DNA of 60,850 bases, the filler included, from Sphacelaria rigidula (taxonomy: Eukaryota): NCBI GenBank assembly GCA_964200075.2. It is 5 parts of 5 records of this genome, joined end to end, with 100 filler letters (N's around TTAATTAATTAA, not from the genome) between each part and the next. Parts side by side here need not be neighbours in the genome. Positions count along the whole stretch, not along the records: positions 48,762 to 60,850 come from CAXNAA020004139.1; 4 more parts are not named here. One strand, written 5' to 3'. Made by a program: the position numbers and the translations under genes. Shown in pieces: positions 50,771-60,850 of this stretch (position 1 is the stretch's first letter; each line of letters opens with the position of its first letter). The notes below the pieces were generated by a model that was not told where the DNA came from, ran no database searches, and saw only the letters and a program-made list of their open reading frames with translations.

Positions 50771-52370
50771 CGGGGTACTTACTATTTCGTCCCCTCCCTC
50801 TTCCGTCCCAACAGACTACGCTGAACATTTTCATCTATACAAAAACTGCAGCCGACACGAACGAGGCGAACACATCAAAATGACCACTGGCAAGGACGTT
50901 CAAATTGGTCGCCATCAACGTCCGTACGGCCCCTGAAATCTTCACAAAAGCCATCCGCAGGTGATGAACGAGCAACACAGCAGGATACAGCCTGATCTCG
51001 TGGGAACAGGCCGACAGAAATTCGGGGCGCGTGTGCGTGCGCGCGTGTGTATGTGTGGATGGATGGATGGATACAGCAGCGTGCCTGCAAAAGTCACAGA
51101 AAAACGCGAGCACGTCTTGAACACACACACACACAACGCTTAAACGGTTTGCACGAGTACTGCAGCACAGAATATCGTCAGCATAATAACATGAGCTCTC
51201 AAAACAGAAACAACTGAACGAAATGACGTCGTACGTAAATTCAACGGAACATTTTGCGCCACCGGACAAATTTTACAAAGGTGAAACCGCAAATGCTCAC
51301 CCGACATCTGCTCTCTATATCGAGCAAAGTACACACACACCAGCACGCACACCAGCACACACACACGCCAATCGCACTTCAGGTGTCAATCCACTCTAGT
51401 CAGGTCATTCAAAAGACAGCGAAGAGAATCCATGATGCACCCTTCGAACAAGACAAGGCCCGACATTTCGGAGCCAATCTTCAGCGTCGATCCTTTGTTT
51501 TGCCTTCTTGAACGGGAACGCGTAGTCATCGATCCACATGCGGCCGCGGCCGGTAGTCTACACAAATCACAGCAGGGCATCCAACTATATCACACGGCTA
51601 CGCAAAGAACGGGTCACGGTCAAATACAACCAGCGCGCGGCAGATCGGGCTGGCGCACAGAACATAAACAAACCACCCTTTTCCGAGACTGTGTCGACAA
51701 CTGCTCGTCTCTTCCACATTTCTACGCCTGAAAAGGTAGATGAAGAGGCACATCTGCGGATACCTCCTACCGTTCTGCTCGATAGGTATTGATGCTCAAT
51801 GACCCGGGAACACTACAGCCTCATAGCCGCAATTTGCAGGGCCTCCCATGTGTTGGCAGGGCGCAAAATTGGCTAACAATGGCTCAGAACGTGCAACAAC
51901 GTAATAATTTGTCACCTCATGAATATAGTACAACGCCACGAAAACCCAAGACTACTTCAGCCACACTAACCGGGTGTGATCATAAGGGCTCCTACCTTGA
52001 CAAGTGGAACCACAACACAGGTAGCGTGGTGAGGAAGAAAACGTGGCTGTTCCTGCCAGGGCCAGGGGAAAATGGCTGCCGTGTATCCGCGAAACAGGGT
52101 GGCGAAGCCGCAAAGGAAACGCGAAACCTTCAGGGGGGCGAAGGGAGGAGAGCTCAAACCGTCGCAACACTGCACTCGCAAGTCTGCTGCCCCTCAAAAC
52201 CCCCACCACTGACATGAAACATGTACATGACATGCTGTTGCACTGTAGTACCGGCTGGTGTACCCCAGACGGTGCGTAAAAGCTACAAAAGTGGACGCAT
52301 ACATCCACACGATTTTTTGGGTGCCTGAATATCGAACGCTGCCCGATGCGACCCAAAGTTTACTGGCGTT

Positions 52371-55300
52371 CTACTCTGTTCCGTTCTTGTCCTCCTTAGC
52401 GTGTACCCCGATCGGGCTAACGGCACTCGGCACCCCCGCCGACCCATCACCCCCATCCCCGCCGAGCTGCTGCTTCACGTCGCCCCCCGTCTCAACATGG
52501 GCTTCGCCGCCCGAACTGCCCAGCACCGCACCGCTGCCGCCACCACCACCGGCAACAACAGCACCTCCAAAGGACGGCGGTGACGCGGAGGAATAAGAAT
52601 CGCTCGGAGATGCCAACATGCTGTAAGATGGCGGTGGTGGCGGGGGCAACCCCGAGGCCGCTGTTGTCGTCCATGCCATACTAGAGGTTGCTTTCCCGCC
52701 CGCCGCTGTTCCGGCTGCAGCAGCAGCAACAACACCATCGTTATTTCCATCAATATCACCACTTTCAGACGTACACACATCAACAACAACCCCGCCGCTT
52801 GAAACAGCGGCGGCGACAGTTTGATTGGCTTTCTCGCCAAGGCTGTTATCACGGGCGCCATCGGCAATAGACATCGGGAATGGCGAGGCGGCTACCGAAG
52901 CGGCGGAGTCGACTGCATCGTCGGGATATGGTCCGGACGAGGACGATTCATCACGCGAAGCTCCAGCTGCGGCACCAGCCGTGTCACACGTCGTGATTAG
53001 CGGGGCCGCCTGGGCAGACGTCGTGGAAGGAGAGGGATCTGGGCCAACAGAACTAACGGCAGTCGACGGTTCTTGCGGCACAACATAAGCAGGCGGCGGT
53101 GGAACGGGGGTTGATTGAGCTTGTGCCGCCGAAGTGGGCACCAAGGCGTCCGTGAATCCTGTGACATGAGAGCTGCCGGAGCCCTCGTGCTTCGTGTCCA
53201 TGCCGGAGGCGTCCACCGCCGCCTTTGCCGAAGACAGCCCGGCGGATCCCGCCTTTCCGTCCGGTCCCGGGGCCGCCGTCGGTGGGTTCGCCAACTTGTT
53301 CTGTTGATACAGTTTGATGCCGTTGTACGCTGTCATCAACGCCGAATATTCAGGTCCCTCGGAGGTCGAAGGGTGGCCTTGAAGCGGAGATGGGGTCTGC
53401 TTTCGTGCAAGGATGGAGCATGAAAGATGCAGGGCCGGTTAACATGACACGGGAAAGCGATGGGGCTGGAAAAATGAGGAATAATTGTAATTGCCCCTCA
53501 TTCAAGAACCGCTTTGCGGTTGCCACCAGCATCATCACCATCAAACCGAATGTATAACGTGGTGCTTATAATGAAAAAGCCTCGATCAAACAACATAGAA
53601 CGTATTTTTCATCATTTTCCCTCACCTGGCCCACCCCAGCTTCAGCGCCACCGCCACCGCCAACGACCTCACCCACCCCGCCACCTGCCGCCAGCTCCGT
53701 CGAATCCCACCCTCCTCCAGCTCCCAATCCCTGCGCGCCGCCACCCTCTGGTGTTCCCTTCACACCACCGGTCTTCCCGGAAAAACCAAGCGCAAGCATG
53801 TAGTCGGACAAGGCCTGCCCCGCCGCGCCCGTTCCTGCCCCCGGCTCTATCCCACCCGCGCCCAATCCGACTCCTGCCTCGGTCAACTTATCGCACCCGC
53901 TCTTCGCTAGCTTAGCGCGTTCTTCTGCCTCGATGTCTGCCGCGGGCTTTAGGATTTTCTGTCCCGTCTCCGCCCACACGCTCGCCCAACCCACCACCGG
54001 CGACACTACCCACACTCGACGGCCGGACAGCACCAGCGGGTGCTTGTGCGCCTCTCCGGGCTCACACGGCTCGCTCATCGCGGTCCCATCGTAGCCCCCG
54101 ACCTCCCCGGCAGCAAATTCTGCCGCTGCTGCTGCTGCTGCGGCGGCGGCGGCAGAAACGGCGGTGGGGATATCCTCGGTGTTAGAAGGACTTGCCGGAT
54201 TGCTGGAGTTGGGCGGCGAGGGCTGCACAACCAGCGGCACTGAGGACGAGGATGGCGAGCAAACCTTACCCGCGCCGTTTTCGCCGTCGCTGCCATCGAC
54301 GGCGCAGTGGTCCTTTTTGCTCTTTTTTTCCGTTTCCTTATTTTCTACGCTGCTGACATCCGCGACAGCGGCAGCAGCGGCCGCCAGGGCGTCATTTTTA
54401 TCGTCAACCAGAGTCACGGCGGGAGTAGCATTGGACGCCGCGCGGCCAAAAGCCTTGGACGGATCAGCTGTGTAGATTATCCCGCTGGAAGAAGTGAGTT
54501 GAGCGATGGGCATGGAGCCGAGGTCCGGGCTCACGCGGAGGAGCGGTGCGCACGGGCTCACTACGCCGTATCTGTCAATTACATGCCCAACACAAGACCG
54601 TGGGTTTGGAGGGCGAGCATGTCATGCACGAGCACGGAGCGCGTCGACGTGCACACGTTCGACGGTCAGGGGGGGGGGGGGGGGGGGCGTAATCATTTGT
54701 TGATTGCCTCAACTCGAGTTGACTCGTTTTCGTATGACTCAGCGGTACCGATTTTGACTGGATGAGAATTACGGTATAACTCAGCGATACACAGTTGCAC
54801 TGGATGAACTGTACGGTACAACTCAGCGGTACTTATTTTCACTAGATGAGCCATGCCGTATAACTCAGCGGTACGCAGTTCCACTGGATGAACTATACGG
54901 TATATCTCAGCGGTACTTTTTTTCACTAGATTAGTCATGCCGGATAACTCACCGGTACACAGTTCCACTGGATGAGTGATACGGTATAACTCAGCGGTAC
55001 TCATTTTCACCAGAGGAGTTATGAGGTGTATCTCAGCGGTACTCATTTTCACTGGATGAGTTATACGGTATTACTCAGCGGCACATTTTCCATTGGGTGA
55101 GTTATATGGTATGACTCAGCGGTACCTATTCCCACTAGCCGAGTTATACCACATAACTGAGTTGACCCACGAGTTGTCTAACGTGAATTATATCAACACT
55201 ATATCAATACTACCCCGCGCACGCGAGCGCAGCATTCGCAGTAATGCGGCGTCGGCCCATATCCGTTCCCGTTCCCCGGCGCTTACGGAGATGAGGCGGT

Positions 55301-58300
55301 AATCTCTTGTGGCTCATTTCAAATCAAAAATCGAAATTGGGACCGAAGTTCATCGCCTAAGCATGTCGTATTTTCCAACGAGAGTCATACGACAAGCTCG
55401 ACGCCGCGCTGCGACATAAAAACATGACGGACACGGGCTCCTCAATCGTTTCTTTCACAGTACCGTACTTAATGCAGTCAGCACGCTCGATGCGTACATG
55501 CTCCAGTGTTTATTGTTGTCTGCGACTGCTGTGAATGCCAAGCAACTCGAACCGGCTTTCCCGCCGACAGAAGGCCGCAGGGACAGCTGCTCGTCCGAAA
55601 CAACAAAAAACGGGATAGGCTGCAATTTTTTCATCAATCCTGGACTAAACGAACTGCAAATGGTGCCAAGGTCAACCCGTGTGTCTTCTCAGCCAGCACA
55701 CAGCCGCGGTACTGGCGTACGCTCGCCTGTCAAGACTTCCTCTCAATTTTTGCGCCAAGCACCGATGCCACTGCAGACGTCTCAAAAACAAATGTTCCCC
55801 CGTGCTCCAGTAATATTTCTCTTCCGTGTATCACGGAAGCTAGTGTAGCCGCTGCTGTCGTCTCTCGAGATTTTTTTTTTTCCTTCTCTCGTCGAGGATC
55901 AGCGTGAAAAACTGATAAACTTGTGTATATACGCATATACATCTGTTCCTTTTTTTTTCTTCAGCGAGTTTTCCAGTTTCGTTTGTTCTTGGGTACGTGC
56001 ATCACGTGATCACGGCTGGATCCCTGGGGGGTCAGTTAAAGTGCGACAATCAATCAATCAATCAATCATCATCAAATACATATATATATATATATCCTTT
56101 GAAAAAGAACGCGGGGTGTTTGACGCCCGCGAAAGTCACGGCAAGGACACAATTGTGTGCACGTAAACTCCGACTAGCAGATGGGATTCAAGACAAGAAA
56201 AAAAACGCCCAGACTCAAAAGGGGTGTCGCCTGTTGGATCCTCATTCGTTCAAAACAAAAACGTGCTGAAAAATCGTAGCACCGTGAACATGACAAAACA
56301 GGCCTGGATAGTCTCGCCGAAAAGCGCTGAAAAGAAAAGGCGACGAAGAAGCGAATCAACGAGGAAGCATTCCACGGGGCTGTTGGATAGATGAGCATAT
56401 GTCGACATCTTCCCCGTTGATTCGACGACGCGAATTGCGGCCCAATTCGTCTGCGTCGGTGAGACATGGCTATGACAGTTCAAATCCTTTTTTAGGCCGC
56501 CCAAGTCCGTACGTCTACATGTGTGTCAGTACCGACCCCCATCAATGATCACGTCACCATGATTTCTCCTCTCCCCTCCGATCTCTCCATGCTGTACACG
56601 CGACACGCACTCACCTCTTGACCGCACTCGATCTTACACATCACCCTACGGTGACGACGGCTTGGCTATCTATAACGCACTCTACAAGAACCGTACAACA
56701 GCGGACACGCAGCCCATGGATCAATCGTGGCAGCGACAACTCACTTGTCTATGGAAAATGAATACACTACCACGTTGCCACGTGAAAAAAATAACAAACG
56801 AACGTGAAAAAAAGGACCGGAGCCGGTCGATATGCCGGTCAGGGTCCTTGTATCCATCTTAATAATCACGATGTACCTCCATTAAACCATCACGACCCAA
56901 ATCTTACCAACCTGTTCCAGCTCTAGTACTGGTATACTAAATGCGACCACATGAGCAAAAAAGACAAGGAACGAGACAGCGCCTGCCAACAGCAGGGTAC
57001 AGATGACACGCTTTCAACAGGTTCAAAATTCGTGAAATACACTACATAACAATATGTACAATACGCGCCAGCCACGCACAACATCAAATAATGGCACAAA
57101 TATACCGGGCGGACGATGCGATACAGCCGTCAAAAGCGTGCAGGAAAAATAATGGGGAGCTGCTCAGCTGACTTCACGAAGCTAAGTGCGTTCTACCGGG
57201 TCGTGCATCACCAGTCACTAGGAGAAGGGCGGCGGAGCGGAGAGAAACTACGGCTGAGAGATGAACATGCCGCACGCGCAACACGTCATTAGACTTCGGG
57301 GTGCCCGCGCACACGAGGACCGACCAGGAGAATATAAAATGGCGCCTCAATCCGCAGAAAGAGTTGTGGAGGGGGGGAAGAGGGGGTTTTATACTCACTG
57401 GGTGGAGAACGGGATCTCCTCGTCTCTGTACTCCAGAATCACGGGATCCACTCCGTTGCGTTTCGCAGCGGCAACAACCTTTCATGTCCACCGTTGGCGG
57501 TGGGGGCGGGAGGGGTAAAAAATGAACACATGTTGAAAGGGCAACGCTTTTCTTGTGCAAGCTGCTTCAGGGTGAACGACCGGAATTTATTCCCCAGCGA
57601 TTATTAAGGCCGTTTTTTCGAGTTAGACCCTGAAATTTTGCAAACGGGTGCTTTGAGATGTTTGGAAAGGGCTTGTGAATGGGGGGGTATTTCGTTGTTT
57701 CCTTTTATTCGCCGCGTATCCGGGGTCCACAGGAGGCTGTCTCTGATACAGCCTCCTGGGATCCCGTATATGTGGCGAATAAACAACGAAATACTATTCA
57801 TACAGCTTTTCTCAATATCTCAGAGCACCCGTGTGCAAAATTTCAGTGTCTAGCTTGAAAAAACGGCGTGAAGAATCACCCGCATGTGCGTTGAAGTATA
57901 AAAATATACGCGAAATCCCCCTAATTACTTGACTAGAGTATGCTACCGACGTTTCCCTTGTGCATTTGAGCTCCTCTTGGAACCCATTGAAGACTTTTGT
58001 TTTTGAGAATCGGTATCATTTCCAGTCATTTTCAAGTCAAAATAGTGCCGATTCACAAAAACAAAAATCGTCAAAGGGTTCCAAAAGGGTTAAATGGGAT
58101 CAGCTTTTGGAGTTACGCAACGAAACTTCGTGCAAAGGTTTCTTGGACTACCTTGGGACGAGCCAAACTTGATTTCTTTATTTCGAAGCAATCTATACCG
58201 GCTTCTAGAGGTCTTCGCGCTGGGACCCCCGGAAGCCGGTAGAGCTGGTAAACTTTTAAAATATTATTCAACGTTTTCCCCCCATTTGTGAGACCCATAT

Positions 58301-60822
58301 CTACCATACTACCGAGTTCAAGGATGATCGAAGCTTTTCTACATAAGTTACAGGGGAAAACGCCAAGAGGCTTCCTGGGTCTTCGAGGCGTGTATCATTC
58401 GTGGAAATCCGACCACGCCAAAACCCCACATCGCCGAAATACCACGTTTTGGGGGTGTAACTCGATCCCATACAAACCGTTTACAACTCTGTTTTTTGCG
58501 TTTGATTTCCTAGCTAATGCGGTTTACTAAGGTTTGATTCGTGATGAAACTGAGTACAAATTGAGTTGGGAATTCGCATTCTTCATTTCAGAACAATTTG
58601 AAGGGAGCTGATTGGCCGAGTAACATTTTCACCACCAGCGCCACGGGAAGGGACGCAAGACAAATTTGGCCATGCTACACTGTTTGCTTGCACATGGGGG
58701 TCCCTATGATACCAAATATTTAGATCGATTCAGTTCTGCGTTCTGAATCTAGTGGGGAATAAGTTTTGGGCATTCACCCTGAACCAGCCTGGTGTTTTTG
58801 CACGAACAGGGGGGCAAGTCTTCCCCCCGCCCCCCATGCCCCTGCAGGTATATAAGCAGTGCTTGGCGACCAGCGCGTATTGAGAGATCACAAGGGAAAG
58901 AGACAACAAAAAGGGTATACTAGCGGACACGCGGCCCATGGATCAATCGTAGCATCGGCAACTCGTATGCCTCGACGCGTCATTTTGGAAAATATTACAG
59001 TATCGTGTTGCTACGCAAAAAAAAACGTACTGGGATGGCAACGTGACGAGCGCGAGTAAAAGCACATACACGCGCGCGCTCCCAGCTCCGTCCAGCGTCT
59101 GGTGATCTGAAGTGAAATAAATTTTAAAAAAGCGAACTCTAGCCCTCAGAATACTCGAGCAACTGCTGTCCATCAACCATATCTTGAGTGACGACTTTTA
59201 AATTGCCCGGAACATTTGCACACCGTCGCACACGCATATGCCTGAATACAGACGGGACAGAGGAGAAAGATCCCACCCTGTTGATCTTGGTTCATACCCT
59301 CACGGCCCAACCATCTTATCAACCGCTGAATCACGCGCAGGGTGTTCCCATTCTATGAATCGGCATCATGTACACCTCAAAAACATTTGTGAGCGGTCGA
59401 AGGGTTAACGCAGCGTACCCGCCGTGGACGTACAGATGACCTACCTCTTCGCGCGGGATGCCCAGCTTAAGGAGGGTGAAGTATTTTCGAAAGTGTGGAT
59501 GCGACGACCTGCTCATGCGGTGCACCAACCGACAAACCACGAAAGTTACAGCAAAAGAAATTAAGCGAGTTGCAATGTCATTGTGGGTTGAGGGTGATCT
59601 TGAAGGGCAGCAGCGGACCGCTGGGAGAGACAGGTCCACACTAAGAACAAACACCAAAGAGAGCAACTCGTATGGTCGGTCCATAGTCATGCATTTGCTT
59701 GCGCCCCCTCCCCGCCCCCCCTCCCCTCGCCCCACAATAAAAAAGAGCACAAACATAAACACACAGAAAATCGACGTACGCCCCTCAAGAGGTCAGTACA
59801 AACAGTCTACACGCCATACCGGCACAGTACAGCGCACTTACCCAAAGCATATGAACAAAACTAAAAAGTGGGGCAATATCGTGTAATACACATGCACCCA
59901 CAACACAGCTACGACAAAAGAAGCACACGCACACTCACACGCATACAGCATAGTGCCGTCAGTACAGCGTGCAGGCCGTTTCCAGCGCTCAGGTACACCA
60001 AAACAACAAAAACATCTCACCAGGTAACTCCCGGTTGCCCCCCAGCAATCGCCTCCCGCACCGACAAAGCCTTCCCGTGCAAACTCCCCACCCCGGCCGC
60101 CCGCGCCACCTTGCCGGCCGCCACCCCCCAGGGTTCCGATGGCGATCGCCTCGGGGACCCCACGGCCGCCGCCGACGCGATGGCTACGTCGAGCCGCCTG
60201 GACACGATCTTCAGCCTGAACCTCAGCCGTGCTCTGGCCTCCTCCGGGGTTTCCCATCTCCGCCTAAAGCGCCGGAGGCGCTTCTCTTCCACTGGCCCCC
60301 CTTCACTACTTCTTTCGGTTCGCTGTGAAGCGCCTACTTTTCCGGCGGCCGCGAGATCGGCTCCGTCTGCAGCTGCAGCGGCAGTCGACATAGAAGTATC
60401 CTCGTTCACGACTGTCAACGCGGTCTCCGCGGCTACCGCGGCTGCCGCTGGCGTCCCCGCGATCTCGTCGCCGTCACTCGGGGTATTTGTGTTTGTCTTT
60501 GATGATGATGACGGTGCCTTTGCACTGCTGCTACCACCGTTCTTTGCACCTGCACGCAATCCAGCGGCGGCACGCGGTGGACCCGCCTCCGGCCCGAACA
60601 GCCCCCGCATAGCTGCTTCGTACTCCGCCCGCTCGGGGTCATAATGGAGATCGTCCTCCGCCTCCTCCGTCTCGGCGCCGACGGTGCCACCGGTCGCCGG
60701 GTGGTGGGACGAGCGTCGGCTGCGGTCCCTTTTGAGGCGTGGTGGGCTGAGAGGGCACTTAGCTGCGGTTTTGCTCAGCTCGATCAGCTCCTTAATGAAG
60801 CTCTGAAGGCTTGCCAGCAGAT
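52371..60822 (-). CDS. Large multi-exon low-complexity protein, 5'-truncated by the contig end; exons 60822-60021, 59508-59445, (56645-56615), 54571-53626, 53396-52371; some internal exons unresolved
   Basis: Long GC-rich open frames with canonical splice sites and matching phases at 60021/59508 and 53626/53396. HPHFRKYFTLLKLGIPREE resembles the WASHC3/CCDC53 C-terminal motif. LRVSPDLGS..IAQL and RVWVVSPVVGWASV...G..IL are SH3b-like. Confidence 0.8.
54710..55176. mobile_element. TIR element with 42-bp tandem array, intronic
   Basis: Ends CAACTCG and CGAGTTG; ACT(G/A)GATGA...TAACTCAGCGGTAC unit at 54757, 54799, 54841 etc. Confidence 0.7.
57558..58791. mobile_element. Family D element, uninterrupted intronic copy
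   Basis: CAAGCTGCTTCAGGGTGAA and TTCACCCTGAACCAGCCTG ends; homologous to the outer parts of 43963-47631. Confidence 0.8.
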
Positions 60823-60850
60823 CTGCAAGGGCGATCGATGGAGGGGGGGG

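Noticed and set aside
54693..55052. ORFs with 14-aa periodicity (also 6085-6608 and 8462-9096)
   Set aside because: By-products of 42-bp non-coding tandem arrays inside TIR elements.
59868..60644. Plus-strand 258-aa ORF and other antisense ORFs over 52258-54765
   Set aside because: Shadow frames of GC-rich minus-strand coding exons.

Overview
Eukaryotic, intron-rich, repeat-rich DNA of roughly balanced GC. The gene style suggests a brown alga or other stramenopile; that is inference. The window is not one locus. It is five contigs of 12091, 12090, 12090, 12090 and 12089 bp, joined by identical 100-bp N44-TTAATTAATTAA-N44 linkers, so nothing can be linked across the linkers. Well-supported genes are a complete 6-exon UBC12 (NEDD8 E2) on the minus strand and, head-to-head with it, the first two exons of an MSH2-like gene. 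A large, 5'-truncated minus-strand gene in contig 5 carries a WASHC3/CCDC53-like 'KYF..LK.G.P' motif and an apparently split SH3b-like domain. Most remaining DNA is transposon-derived: an internally deleted chromodomain Ty3/Gypsy element nested in a hAT-like element, Tc1/mariner and Stowaway-like MITEs, TIR elements with 42-43-bp tandem arrays, fold-back MITEs, tRNA-derived SINE heads, and an abundant C-run-associated retroposon-like repeat. Several low-confidence orphan exons occur, one with a DEG/ENaC-like 'YPTVTVC' motif. I see no CRISPR array or other prokaryotic system, and I cannot demonstrate a new system from sequence alone.
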